Program-made: the position numbers and the translations under genes
Assembly: GCA_964057225.1 (NCBI GenBank)
Contig: OZ059898.1
Span: forward strand, 11,222,001-11,286,000
Direction: 5' to 3'
Source of the DNA: Auanema rhodensis
Taxonomy: Eukaryota; Animalia; Nematoda
Length of the DNA stretch: 64,000 nucleotides
The notes under the pieces: model-generated
Told to the model about the DNA's origin: nothing
The model's database searches: none
What the model saw: only the letters and a program-made list of their open reading frames with translations
Shown here: positions 1 through 14,900 of the stretch, piece by piece
How positions within the stretch are numbered: position 1 is the stretch's first letter
Layout of the letters: every line of letters starts with the position of its first letter

Positions 1-1356
1 GATGCCTGAAGTCAGTGTTTCTATTCAACAAGAGAGCATATGTCCAGCTGGATACACAAGTATCAACGGGTTATGTACTGGTACGAACAAAAATTAACAC
101 ATAAGACTAAACGATTATTCAGGAGCTAATCCAAATGGAACTAACCTTAAAGCCATTCCATACATTACAAATGATAGATGCCCAGAAGGCTTCTTTTTAC
201 ATGATACATTATGTGAAGGTATACATGAATCAAGCTTTTATAAGCATGTTCGACCAAACAATCTTCAAAACAAAATTCAGATATTGACGAATGTGCTTTT
301 GATCGGCCTTGTGATTATCAATGTTTCAATACCGTTGGTTCATATGAATGTAGTTGTCCAGATGGTTACGATTTAGATGAAATTTGCAAAGGTAAATATA
401 TATAAACATATATATTTTTAGAAACAAACAGTTTTCTCCTTCACTGGCTATATAAAATAAAGTTAAAGCTACGAAAGCTGTATTAGAATAGCTCATTTCA
501 AACACACAAAAAAACAAAAAAACAATAGCGGAGCCTATCATGTTAAGCTTGAATGCTGATGTTATCCCAGCATTTCCACTGAGGAGCATTAGAATAAAGC
601 ATTGAGCAGAAGGAAAAAATCTAATTAATCAAATATTCTTTCAAGATATTGACGAGTGTGCGGAAAATCCCTACATTTGTGACGTTAGCGAAGTATGTTT
701 CAATACTTTTGGAGGGTTTGAATGTATGCCAGATCCATGTCCTCAAAACTATACCGTAGAAGATAAAAGGTTTGTGTACACCATTGCAGAGCATTAAAAG
801 AAAAATAACTCTGTTTCAATGCCATAAATTTACTTTTTATTTCAGATTATGTGTTCCGGAATGCACAGATTGTGATGACCCACCAATTCAACTTCAAATG
901 TTGGCTGTACAAGCAGGTCTACCACCAGGTATTTTCAGAGATATCTTGTTGATTCATTATATTTCGAAATTGCTTTTCTATTTCTCTCTTTTTATAAATT
1001 ATAAAATATAATTATATTTTTCTTTATAGGAACACCTCTTGCTCAGTTGACAGCATATGATAAGAATGGAAAGGTTTTAACAGATACCAAATTCTCAATT
1101 GCTACAACATTAGAGGGATTATCTAAAGGTATATTTTAGAATATGAAAAGAAAAAAACTGCTACTTCTCAGGATTGTCACGATCTGGACCATTTACCACA
1201 CGAGCTAGGAATGGACAAGCCACCGTAATCACAAACAAATTGTTGGTAGCGGGATCTAGACATCGTATTCGTGTACGAGCCGAATCAGACGCTCGTCATG
1301 CTCACCGTGAAACACATTTCCTCCTTTTGATTGATGTTGGGCAATTCGATTTTTAA
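1..1356 (+). CDS. him-4: Hemicentin C-terminal exons (cbEGF repeats plus fibulin-type C-terminal module); gene begins upstream of the window
   Basis: Spliced translation gives [30 protein letters not shown] and [27 protein letters not shown] (two cbEGF domains), then a fibulin/hemicentin-type tail ending [12 protein letters not shown]. Introns are GT-AG. Confidence 0.75.
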
Positions 1357-1772
1357 TATTAAAAGCAGGAAACCAAGAATATATTCAAGAGCAATTTACC
1401 GATTCCAATGTTTGTGTTATTGTTTTCTTTTCTTTACTTGTATATCGGTCTTATCTTAATTTTTAATTTTATAATTTGATCTGAAACTTTACATTTATTT
1501 TATAAAGTCCTAATAAATATTGAGCACTATCATTATTATCAACAACTATAACTAATGAACAAATAATTTTAGACAAATTGATTGACTTAAAAATTATAAG
1601 TAAGCGAAAATATTGTTGAAACATTCTTTATACTCTATATGATAATCACAACCAATGCTTAAAAATTGAAAATGCTGTTGACCAGGAAACATAGAACACC
1701 GCATAAAACTAAAAACGGATCATCCAAATACAAATGGAAACTGAAATGCATTCACAGAACACGTGAGAGAAT

Positions 1773-3058
1773 TTAGAGACGAGCTTCGATAAGTTGCTCC
1801 AGAAGTCTAGCATCCTTAGCGAAATTGCGGATTCCTTCAGCTAATTTCTCAGTAGCCATAGCATCCTCATTCATAGCCCAACGGAAATATTTCTCATCAA
1901 CAGTAATAGCAGGAATATCGAGAGAAGCGACTGAAAAAAAAACGCTACTTAACTTGATCGTAAACAAATGCGATACCGTTTTCACTCTTGAGAACATGAG
2001 GAACGCTCTCGTTGTCAGCGGACAACTGCTTAAGAAGGCCAGGGCTAAACATAGCATTAACAGAAAGAACTTAAATAAATTGTAAATTACCTGATAGTAA
2101 GAAGGTCACAACCAAGAAGTCCCTTAATTTCCTCAGTGTTACGGAAAGAAGCAGCCATAACTTGAGTATTATGACCATGCTTTTTGTAATAATTGAAAAT
2201 ACGAGTAACACTCTATCAATCACATAATAAAGTATCATGTACTAATTATAATAATACCTTGACTCCTGGATCATCATTTCTGTCATAACTCTTCTGTTCG
2301 GTGTTCTTAACGAACCAATCCATAATACGTCCGACAAAGGGAGAAATCAAAGTAACTCCAGATTGAGCGCAAGCAACAGCTTGTTCAAAATTGAAAAGAA
2401 GGGTCATGTTGCAGTGAATTCCATGTTTAGATTCCAATTCTCTATAAAAAAACATTGGTGAACAAACCAATTAACATTTAATAACTCACTTAGCAGCTTG
2501 AATTCCCTCCCAGGTGGAAGCGAGCTTGATGAGAATTCTGTCTTTAGAAATGCCTTCCTTTTCATACTGCTCAATAAGAGAGAGAGACTTAGCAATAGAA
2601 CCAGCGGTATCAAAAGAAAGTCTAAAAGATTTTTCAATATAAAAAAAATAAACAAATAAGCCTCACCTAGCATCAACTTCTGTTGAAACACGTCCAGGAA
2701 TTACCTTCAAAATTTCTCTTCCGAATACAACGAAAAGACGATCCATTGCTGAAGAAATAACCTAAAAGAAAACCATATAATAGATATTGAAATACCGAAT
2801 GAAATTACTCTTTTTTTGCAATCAGATCCAACTGTAGTTTTAGCATAGGTAATAGCTTCATCAATAAGGGTGGAGTAAGCTTCGATTTTCGAAGCTTGAA
2901 GAATAAGGGAAGGATTTGTAGTGGCATCAGTTGGCTGGAACTCCTTGATAGCTAAATAAGCATCATATGAATGAAAAAAATTTTTTCAAATTACCATTGA
3001 AGTCACCGGTATCAGCAACAACTGTTGTGACTTTTTTGAGTTGCTCCAAAACAGACAT
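1773..3058 (-). CDS. tald-1: Transaldolase
   Basis: Starts [20 protein letters not shown]. Contains [50 protein letters not shown] and MAASFR, and ends [28 protein letters not shown]. Confidence 0.97.
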
Positions 3059-4401
3059 GCTGAAAAAGGAAGTTGGTTACATATATTATATATTAATCAA
3101 CATGATAGCGTGTGAATAAACAGAAACTTTCTAGATGCAAAAGAAAATGATCAATACGAATGCAGATAAAGAATACTAGAAAAAGAAGATAACTATCTTT
3201 ATATCAATTTTTCGCTTTTTCTCTCTATATATATTACAAGGCAAAAGGGACCTTCCTTTATCACATACAGGTCATTTTTGTAAACGGAATGCATCTAGTA
3301 AACAGCAGGCATAATGATAAATATTATTATTAGCATTGAAAGAGATAAAAATGCTCATTTTGAAGCTCAGCATTTGTATCTTGTTCGATATATCATATTG
3401 AAGGAGAAAAAGGGAAGTGTTCAAATGTATTAAAATTTTCAAAAACAAAAGGAATTCACTATTTGGAAAGCAATCAAGAATCAATTCTTAGTGAGCGAAC
3501 ATTAATCGAATCAAAATGAAAGTTGAATCTGTTAGAACTCATCATACGAGTGAAAACGAGTCATCTTAAGGTGGCCTGACAACTAAACTCTAATGATAAA
3601 CGCTTGTATCATATCAAAAAATATTCCATTGGATTACTGTATTCGCAGTTTTTAACCCCAGATATTATATTATAAGTGAAATTTTTTGAATTATTAAACC
3701 GGTTTTTGTATGGTTGAAATATTGATATATAAGCACAAAAACAAATGATAAGATGCATAGTATTATATTTTTAATATGTATGTTCATATATATAAAAGTA
3801 ATTGCCTTCTATGATCGATGACATGTTTTCTGAAACTGTTTAGAGAAGCCCATCAAAGCTTTAATTCCGAACAAACTAATAGTGTCACTTTCAATACTAC
3901 TCAAGTTTGTCTTGGCCTGTTGTAGAAACCGTAAAAAAATTGTCGCAAATCCATATAACTATGTCAGACTATTACGGTCTGATCATAAGTCAGAGATCCA
4001 ATATCCTTGTGTATTTGGAACTGAATAAAAATGAATAGTAAGTTGATAACATAAAAAGAAAGTCTATTTCGGTTTTTAAAGATTACAAGCTTACAAACAT
4101 GTGATTAACTCTCCAGATCTGTTTAATCTCTCGCGTAATATCGCTCTTTTTTATTTTTATTTTATACATATGATAGATTAAGAAACAAGAAAATATCTGT
4201 TCACAGTAAGATCAAAGTAATTGAGCGGTTTGTATTAACGTGAAGATTCAACCCACTTTCTATTTTATTCTGCTTGACCCAAATAATCCGAGTGACTGTT
4301 TTGCTGATTATAGAAGTTTCATGAGTTCAAACAATATCTGACTTTGACTATACTAGGAATAAACGGAGGAATATTGTCTTTTTTCATTTTTAGCTTTTAC
4401 T

Positions 4402-6959
4402 ATGTATATTTTTTTATTTTGTTATTTCGTGTTTATCTCGGTTGTCCCAAGTGTTCAATCTGAGGATGACAATAAGAACCATCGTTATTCTATAGAGGTT
4501 TGATTAAATTCATAAATACTTTATTTTTATGAAACTTTAGAATCAAGTAATATGTAAAGAAAGTATGTTACCATTAATTCGTTCTAAACGAGCACAGGTT
4601 CTTGGCTTTAACAATGTTCTGTTTCAATAAATTTTTTTTTTGAGAGGATTAAAGATATAGTTCCTACATTTCCAACAAATGTCCTGGAATGTATGTCTTG
4701 GAAATGTGTCTGTCATCATGTAAAAGGTTTATAAAGTCTATTTTTATCATGCAGAGTATTGTATCATTTTATAGGCGCAGTTTGGAAACATGATACTTGT
4801 CACATGCCTGGAGGAACCAAAATGAGAAAAGAAGTTAGAAAGGAATATCGCATGCTGTCTACTGCTGAGAAGCATTTGTAGAAGAAAACAGATTTTCGTT
4901 AATATATATATTTTTCAGATATCGTAGAAGTTTTTTAGCAGCTAACAAACGTGGGTATGTTTACAACACTCTTAGTCGAGCTCATTCCGAATCATCTCTC
5001 TCACCAGCAGCTCACAATGGGCCGCATTTCTTACCATGGCATCGAGAATTTTTGAAACGGTTTGAAAACAAATAGATCTCTGTTTATCAGGCGAGTACTA
5101 TTTCATTCAGTTTAATTATTGGAATTCGTATAATGGAGATAAATGGAAAATATCCTTTTGCTTCTGTATCTTTACCATATTGGGATTCAAGTTTAGACGA
5201 TAGTATAAGGCAATCACTGAATATCAGTTCAAAAAATTCTGTCTTCTTCTCGCCATACTTACTTGGCTCAGCTGTAAACGGAACTTTAAAAGATGGCGAT
5301 TTCGGTGGTTATGTAGGGCGCCAAGTATTGACATCTCTCAGTTTATTTAAAATCATGATGATTATATTCAGGGACCAACTAAACGTGAATTAGATAGATT
5401 TGGAAAAACACTAGGTTTATTCAAAAGATCAGATATAGAACGTATAAGCTCGTATAATATTTCGGGAATTCTATCTGCAACAGCGGGTAGTTCACAAGTG
5501 ACAATAGTATTTAAACTCAAAGTGTAAAACATGCTTGTTAAGGAATGCAGAAAAAAATTGCCAAGAAATGCATTAGAGCTTCTTCATGGAAATGCTCATG
5601 TCTGGGTTGGAGGCACTCTATCCTCTTTAATTTGTTGGTTCTTAATATGATTTTTAGGAAGTATGAAGCTTACACGAAATGCAACAAATGATCCAATTTT
5701 TGTGCTCCATCACACATTTGTGGATATGCTTTGGGAGAAATGGAGAAAGGAGAAGCAGGTAATGAATAAGCTTCTTTTGCACTAAATTTAATTTTGTTTT
5801 AAAAAATACAAATTAGTATTGAAGTATCATTGTATTTTTAATATATCTGATTATTTAATCGATCAAATTAAGAATATAAAGGAACGGGAAACTCAATGGA
5901 ACAACTTGATTAGTTGCTATTCATCTCACCACAAGTCATCAGCTATTCTGAAGCCTTTCGGGTTTTTCACACATATGGTTTTTAAAGATCATTAAAAATA
6001 TTTTTATTTAGACTTTTAACTGGTTTAGAAGGATGTTCTAATAAATATGCGGAAATGACTACTTATATTAAAATTCCCAGATGTAAATCTTATTGTAGAT
6101 CTAAGTTGGTCTAAGTTTCATCTAAAATTTCCTGATATTCAAAGTTTTCAGATATTTATACTGTAATAAGGGTTATTGTGTTTCTCGGGTGAAGCCTAAC
6201 GGAAGTTGTCGTCTTATAGATGGTATAAAGCTGTTTATGTATTCTGATGGCGATCTCTTGTTGTTAAGGAATTGATCCCTGTTTCCAAAGCAAATGTTCA
6301 TCTAAAAATGCAAATATTGGAACCTGTGTTTCTACTCATCCGGTCAGATATCCTTTATTAAATACTTATTTCGAGTTTATTCAGAAACCACGTGATTCCA
6401 GAAGAAAAGGCAAGATTAAGTCATCACATGTACCCAAGAAAAATGTTGAAGTAGATTCGCCAAAAAAAGTTTTATATGAGTAAGCTATTATTCAGACATG
6501 CTTCAATTTGCATGAGTGTTGTGATTCTTGGGCGAATCGTGAACTATGCTTTAAGAACTCAGTAGTAAACATTGCTTGCCCATACAGTTGTGGGGACTGT
6601 AAACCTACAACATATCAAAAAACTAATGGTAATGACTATGTTTTTGAAAACATTGAAGACAAATATGTTTTTCTTTCTTAGATTGTAAAGATCGTCATTT
6701 TAACTGCAAAGAGTTGAAAAGAAACAATCAATGTAAATTTAATCATGTTTGGATGGCGGAGAACTGTCGAGAAACTTGTGAATTGTGCAAGACACGTCGA
6801 ATATGTTCGGGTAATCAACTAAAATATTTATAGAACTTTATATATGTATATCTGATTCTAGCCGCAAACAACTCGAAACAAACCAATGAGTTAGCAAAAC
6901 AACTAAGAAATAATCGAAGTTCGAAAAATAGAATTCGATTACGATCTCTGTTCATGTGA
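4402..6959 (+). CDS. Secreted tyrosinase (di-copper) with two C-terminal ShKT domains
   Basis: Signal peptide MYIFLFCYFVFISVVPSVQS. CuA site AH...AAHNGPHFLPWHR and CuB site LHGNAHVWVGG...DPIFVLHHTFVD. ShKT motifs CFNLHECCDSWANRELC...CPYSCGDC and CKDRHFNC...NCRETCELC. This is the nematode tyr-family architecture. Confidence 0.92.
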
Positions 6960-7368
6960 ATAAAGCTTTTGAAGTTATAAATCTATTTTGATTATAAGTT
7001 CATGTTATTGTAAACGGAAATTGACGAAATAAATTCTAATTATATGTTGCCATAGTTACGATTATAGCTTATGACTTCAAAACTGAGCATGTTTGTACTG
7101 TCACTTACGTACATGCTGATATTTTCAATTTCGATTAGAGATGGAACCAAAATTCTGCTATTTTATATTAACATTATGATTTAAAAAGAATTAAATAAGA
7201 TAAACTGATATTTTAATTTTTTTTTTAAATATACGATAAACACTCTTTGATTTTTTAAAAAAAAATATGATTATCAATATACACAGATAGAATGAGGAGA
7301 ACATCTGAAATCTAAATGAAGCAGCCAAATTAATAATGATGAGCGTTCAGACAATTCTTTAGTTTAGT

Positions 7369-10300
7369 CTACCAGTCAGTACCAACATTTCCAACATAAA
7401 CGTTCAATTGATTTTGTGAAGTAGAAGTTTGTAATTTGGATGAAATCTAAAGAAGAGCTGTCAAGAATATGCGATCGTTTAAATTAGTCACCTGACACAA
7501 TCCTGCGTCATAGATGCACTGAGAAATTTGTTTCCATTTTTCTGTAGTGAAAACGTGTCTGTATTCTGGTCGACTTACAACCTTAAAATAGAATATGCGT
7601 ATTGAAAATGTTGCAACTGTATAGCATACTTGTTCAATTTCATGAACTGATGAAGCGGTTGTTATTAAATCTACGAATGTGGTATCACGGCTTACTAAGT
7701 TTCTCCACCGCCCTGAATTGATTATACTAGATTATTAAAACGTTTTAAGAAGAATAGCTTACCCATTTCTTGTTCTGTGAGACGTCGTGCACCAAAACCT
7801 CGTATTGGTAGCACACATCGAGCTAACTGATCGGCTACACTTAGAGGTCTATTTTCAACTATCAACTGGCCTGTAGTAAATATTAATTTTGTTTATTATT
7901 AACTTAAAAACAATTATCACCTTCTTCAGACATTTCTTTCATTCCGTTCTGGGCTGTTTCAGCTGCTTGATATATCTCTGTTATAGATCTATATGAAGAT
8001 ATGCCAGAACCATCATCAACAGGAGGTGCCCCTGCTTCTAGTTCTCTTGAGGTGACCTAGAAGAGTAGTTTAAGTTTTTTCGATTTTTCATTTTAATAAT
8101 ATTAACCTTCAAGCTAGAACCTCTATCTACAGCAGTTCCAGTTATCACACCGCGGCGCCATTCAGAGTATGATGTTGGAGGATCCTGAAAAGGCAATTAT
8201 GAAGAGAAAAAAATTAATAAGCATACTTCTTTAACAGTTCCACCAATATCAACCCCTCTTTCACTGTATTTAGGATATTCCAAGTATCCAGAATACTTAG
8301 CACGCTCTTGAGGAGGAAGTTCCGATATGTATTCATCCAAATTCGACCTCATGTTCAAAACATTACGTCCACTTCCTCGGTCTAATGTGCTCAGATAATC
8401 CGCACGATTTGATGAAGGCTGGCGACTTGGACCATCGTTTTCAAAGCGACGTCTTCCGTATAAGCCAGCAGTAGCATAATGTGAACTTTCTCTGAAATTA
8501 ATAAAAAAGTATATTGGAGAAGGATTGCTAGAAGTTTTACTTGTCGATATTTCCATTTTTCTTTCCTTTCGTAGCTGACGAAGCACTCCGCGTTGCCTGA
8601 GCCGTTGAAGAAGTAATTTGAGATCCATTAGGTGATACAGGTGATGATTGATTACGATGAGAACTGAAAAAAATTTCAGTTTGATCAAAACTGTTAGGTA
8701 AATCTCACTCAGCAACAGCGTATTCCCCATGAGTATTATTTCCTCTATTCCACCAAAATTGCCCGATACCTATCTTGTTTAAATCAGCGGCTGAAACAAT
8801 TTTTTTTTATATGAAAAATATCAATACTTACTTGGTGGTATTCCTAACAATAATCGTTTTCTATTTTCCTCTTGTACAGTGTAACGACGAAGACAGAAAT
8901 ACAAACAACACAGCAAAAAGAGAATAATAATAACCTTTAAAATTAAAATTAAATATTATATATTTATCTTAGAAAACATACAGCTGCAGTAAGACCAAGA
9001 ATGAGCCATAAAGAGAGACTAGATCGACGACTATCTTTCTCTCCTTGCAGTGCTGTATTTTCCACGTTGAAAGAGCTCGAGGTTGAAGCTTCCGATGTGC
9101 TTAAATCGTCTAACTGAAAACATCATATATAATTAGGGATCACAAGTTATTCCTCTACATTTGTACTAAGAGTAGCTGTTCGTTCGTTTGATACTGTTGG
9201 AATTATAAACTGATTTGTACGATCAGGTATGATGCTCGAATGCCTTCCATCAATTGCAGCATTAGCATTAAGTTCTTTCGAAGATTCAACAGGCTTATTT
9301 GGGCCAATATTTAATCCAGCGAAAATATCTGAAATTGTTTTACTTAATATTCAATTTTCATGTGCATGGTAATACAACCGCTCAGCTACATTGAATGCAC
9401 AAAATAAATTATTTTGTAATTTCGAAAAGATTCGAGCTTAGCATACTTTTTGAAGTTTTTTCCACAAACTCGTGCTTGTAATTTTCAAAAAAATAACCTT
9501 GTATCTGATTTTTTTGATTTTGATCTTCTTTCTGAGCATTTAAATCTGGTTTGAATTGATCAATATCTATTGTTGAAGGCTGCTGATTAGACGAGCTTAA
9601 AACTCCATGAGAAGACGATGATGATATCATCTTGGATTGTTCATTCGTTTCTTTAAAACAGATATCAATGAAATACGATGTACTGAATAAATTTCCTACT
9701 GTCTTCAGTTATTATTACAGATGTTTTATTAGCACTATTTGAACTTTGAATTGGAATATTTGCATTTGCAGAAATTGCTTTTTCTGAAACAGCTGAATTC
9801 CAATTCTGATTAGTGTTCACGATAGGCTTGATGGCTCCTTCTGGTAAACGATCTGTAGACGTTAAAGTTAAACTTCCACCCCCGGCCCCTACAGCCGAAT
9901 TACTTCCACTATAAAAGAAGAATATGAGTATTGGATTAAGATTTCAATGAAATACCTTTCAATATTAAAGTTTGGATTTATAACAGGTAAAGGAAGTGTA
10001 TCAACTTCCGGAAGACCATAAACGCACTTGACCGTCAAAGTCTGATCTCCATGAAGGATTACGGCTGGATTAGCACCTATTCGAATACGATTTTGGAACA
10101 CTCCAGGAGCTGGCTAAAACAGATCATAAAATGATGAAGAATAATAGGAACTGAAGAAGTTTCCGGAAAACCAGGTTGCTATTCACTATCACTTTGGTTC
10201 TTACCATTTGTGTGAGACACGGATCATTAAATACAGCAATATCTATCACATACTGCGTTTCGCCGTTTCCTCTTAGACGACATTCCGGTCTACCTGAAAG

Positions 10301-11961
10301 AGAACGAAAGTATGATTGTTGTGGTTTGGTCTTTATAAAACAAAGAAAAAATATAAAACTATATGAATAAACAAAAGAAACTGACCCGAGACTCCCACCA
10401 CGATCCAGTCGGTGAATTTGCCATCCGGATAGTAATTAGGATTAAACTTGACCTCGATTGTAATGAGTTGTGATCCACAACGGGGTGTAACTGAAACAGT
10501 AAAAGAAAAATGAATATAATTATAATTAGAATATCTCATAATTGTAATATCTATTTAATATTAAATATATTAAAATAATAAAATTTTTTGTTTGTTAAAA
10601 CATCGATTGAATTCTTTTTCAGATCTAAAATACATATCTGGGTTTGCTTTAACTTCTCCATTTTTCCACAGACCCATAACTATGACAGTTCGTAGACAAA
10701 TTCTGACCATAATTGCAAAGTAGCCAAGAAAAGAGTGAAGGAGAGAATGAAAGGTAGATGTGTTCCGGTTATCGTAATTAGTAGTCGGATAGACGAGAAG
10801 GAACTGTCCATTGTTAAGATTCAGAGACAAGGCAGCATATAACTGTGAAGATGGAGGTTGGATGTCTCATTTGCATATCCAAAAACGAAGAATACACTCA
10901 GTTAGATGGTCATAAGAGGTAATTAGTGGCAAGGATGAAAGAGGAAAAGATTTTACGTCAGGTTGCAAATCTGAACTGGTTCTTACTTTGTTCGTCAATC
11001 TTGAATTGGCATGATGGATAAGTTTCTAAAGACATCTATTGGGTCATGAAATTTTTTTAAGTCTATATGTGTTTGTAATGAAAATAGTTTTATTTTAATC
11101 AATTGCTTTCATTGTATCTACGGATGCATATACCCTGCTAGCCCAAAAAATGGATCAGAATCTATGATGTGACGTGTATATCAGTTTGTATATCCTACAG
11201 TCTATACATAATCTCCATGAATATTGAAGAGAAACTCTTCAGTATGGTTCAGAATAACTGGATCTCCAGATTCTGATAATACTAGTTCGATTCAGAGGTA
11301 AAATATACTCTATTGAACAACGGATGCAACCTCGGCGCTGTAGGTAAGATATACAGACAATTGAGAGAGTAAAAATGGAAAAAGTGAACTAAGGAAGAAA
11401 AAGAAAAATAAGCCGTACTATTTGAGTAGCTAATACGATTTATCTCTATTCAAATGGATCAAAATACAAATGTAACTGACCAGTCAAGCTAATCTTTCCT
11501 TAATAACGACCATTACAGTTTTTTTTCACAAAAAAAAACAGAAAAAAAAACTAATTAAACCATTATAATAGTAGTGGCCAGAATTTTATGTTTATTTTAA
11601 TATATTTCTAAGAATAAAGTAAATAAGGAAAAAACGAAATAGGTAAAACAAGTATTTTGCGGACTGCTATTTACTATAATAAGGTTTAACTGAAACGTTT
11701 TCCTTTTTTTTGAAGTGGTTGACGTAAAGAAGAGTGTGACTGTAATATAATGGCAAAATATATTATGAGAATAAAGTAGAAAGAAGAGTTATAATTAGAA
11801 AATTAATCCTTTTCATTATATTTTCGTTTATTCCTTTTTTGAATATTATTTTACTTTGTGTGTTTGAGAAAAAAAAGAAACAAACCTTGTACTCTGGGAG
11901 GAAGAGAAAATTGACTATATGATAGTGAAAAGACTGAAGATAATAATAGATATATTAGCAT
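7369..11961 (-). CDS. ZP-N-only single-pass membrane protein with a long cytoplasmic tail (papillote-like)
   Basis: Signal exon [17 protein letters not shown] (11961-11886). ZP-N region [16 protein letters not shown]...[12 protein letters not shown]...DPCLT...FQNRIRIG...LTVKCVY, then an S/T/N-rich stalk, a TM helix ([10 protein letters not shown]|[15 protein letters not shown]) and a long tail ending VGNVGTDW*. Confidence 0.8.
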
Positions 11962-14900
11962 CTTTCTATCGATTTGGAAACATTCTATGAAAAACTAATC
12001 ATCTAGTAGAATCTTTGTTTCTTAGTTAAGCACTTGAATAAAAATAAAAATAAATTGAAATGATCTGAAATAATTGAAAATTAATAAAATAACAACAATG
12101 AATGTAAATAAAGTTTTGCAGAACTTTGACCAAGATCAACGACAGACAATACTTGAACTGTTTGGAATTAGAAAAGAGGAACATTTCGAAACTACACAAT
12201 ATGGAAATAAAAAAAAGTTGATAATATTTGGATGTTTTCATACAGTATATCTAGTTTGCAATCATTTGTATATAGGGGTAACAGTTTTAGCCTGATGATT
12301 TGTTACTCGTGCCTCAATCATGACTATTGATCACAGCAAGAACTTTTCACGGCTAACTGGGTAAACTTGCTGATCTTTCGTGGAAAATGACAAACACTGT
12401 AGGTAGATGCATGTTATGGATAATTATACCTCACAAAATTCCGAGAATGTTTTAGAAAGGTGGAAATATGAGTCAAAATTCACAATTTTTGAAAAAATAA
12501 GAAAAGAAGAATAAATGCAAAATCAGAAGAAGAATAATACAGAATTTTTTAAAGTGAAACGATTAAAGTTAACTGGGAAAAAAAGAACAGAAAACAGCTT
12601 TAGTGTTAACGGTTCATCGAACACAAAAACGAACTAGAAATTGGTTAGAATGAATGAAAACAGAAAAGGTTTATTCAGATGTGTTATAACATAGTATCTA
12701 TATTCATAAAAGACGGAAGAAAAGTAATGAAACATGAACATAACGTTAATGACTATAATAGAAATCGAAAAAAAGGTAAAATTTCAAAAAAAAGAAAGAG
12801 GGCGATGATTTTAAAGAAATAATACTCTAGATGAACTTATGTTGAAAATTTTTTATTAGCAGTGCGAGAAAAGGCATGAAGAAAGGTCGGATAGGTTGCG
12901 TGTCATCATACCCGCATCTTTCAACTTTCATTCACTTCTAGGTGAAACCAGAAGAATTCTTCAATTCAATTCCTCACACGTCTTAAAAATATTTCTTATA
13001 GAAAAAAAATCTTTTGTATATAAAAGAAACTGGTGGAAATAATATAAGGAATGCAACATGTATCTTTTAAGGTCAACAATCTTTTTTTTTAACGTAAAAC
13101 CAAGATATCTTAAACATGGTAAAGCTATACTAATGTTCGTAACGAGCTATTTTGGGATGAAAAAAAGCTTTGACTGATAGAATTGCAAAACTTTTTAAAA
13201 CGTATGGACCGGAATATCGCTCATCTATTACTGTTGAAGCTTTATTTGGCCATACTATATGATCTGACAACGTAATAAGCTCGACTAGAATGAATGAATC
13301 ACGATGTTAATATGTATTCTCATGATAGATACAACAAACTAGACAATCAGGTCAATAAGATCAGAGCCTAATCTCGAAAATCCGCCAACGATGGCAAAGC
13401 AGAAACTAGCTAGTTTCGGATGGTGAAATAACTCATGACAGTTCTTTGTATCATACTTCCGATGAAGCAGCATGACACCATTTCCAAAGGTAACTCAAAC
13501 ACTGTCTTGCAGAAATATTTTTCAAATATGTAATGAAAAGAGATGAGCATTTTCATGAAATAGTTTTGCAATGATTATAAAATGATCTAGCAAACAACAA
13601 CAGGCTAAGTGAAGAGGTAGAAATGGGAAGGAAAGAGATGAGAACGAGGGAAAGGACGACCCTCAATAAACATGATCGGCGGCCCTGGTAATTGGTCTGG
13701 TCGGACTGTTCGTCTACTGTTTCTGAATGAATAGTGGATAGAGGATATGTATGTAGATGAATGTGAATCTGACAGACAGACAGCATTCCTTGGCAAATTT
13801 TATGTAAACATGGCCTATCTGACTGCCACTAAATGATTACAAAAAAGAAAACACTGTCAACCATAAGGATTGGGCAAGAAAAAAAGGACATGAAGCCTGT
13901 GAAACGACATGGGAACAAACTCATATAGTAAAATAAGTATGTGGTTTTTAGAACAAAAGTAGTACATAGAGAATATAATGAATTTGCTAGAATAGAAAGG
14001 TACAAAAAAGTCCTTTGTGGTTACCGTTCAATATACTCAACGCTTTCTCAAGAATGATGCTTGACATGAAATTGACTTGAAGTACATGATGAATTGAAAA
14101 AGTAAAAAGAGCCAGCTGCTTGTTTGAAGCAAAAAAAAACATGATCCAAGGCCGTTTTCGATAGATAAAATAAAAAATGTATCTTCACTTATATAAGATA
14201 TCCATTCAAGCTCTTCATTCAAGTCATCAACAAGCAATTATGCAGGTGTTCCAAGTTATTGAATAATCTTCTTAATCTAGATTTTCGAGAACAACTTAGG
14301 AAACAAGTAAGTTTCAACAAACTTCAGTCATAAATAGCTACTTAAAGTAATATTATAGAAATATTAATAAGAAAATTAGAACTTAGTTTATTTTTGGCAA
14401 AATGCATAATGTTGGACATATTAGATGAAGTTGAAATACTGGTAATTCAACCGAACTATGAGTCAATCAATTCAAAAATGAAAAAATACGAGGGGGGGGG
14501 GGAATATGTTAATTAGCATACTGTGAGAATTTGTTCTTATAAAGAAATTTTTCAATAAATTGATCGGTTGTGAAAATATTTTCTAACTCCTAGTCGAAGA
14601 GTTATAGTGATACATTTATTTAGTAGAGTATTTTACAACAGTATAAAATTCTCAAAATGAGAAAAATGAATCAAATGGAATTAAAAAGTGAAGTCAGTAT
14701 TTGGTTCGATTCATATGCTCATATTCATAGATATATCTCAAAAGTGGCTATAATACAACGCTTCAATGAACACTTAGAAAATGAACAAAAACGATCATAC
14801 AGCAGCAAAACTACTGACCAATATCTTCATGAACACTGTACCAATTATTCTACAACTTATTTAGCTATAACCTATACATAGAAATAGGTATATGCCAGTA

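Noticed and set aside
3648-3667. SL2-like GTTTTTAACCCCAGAT
   Set aside because: No following AG|GU donor, stem-loops or Sm site.
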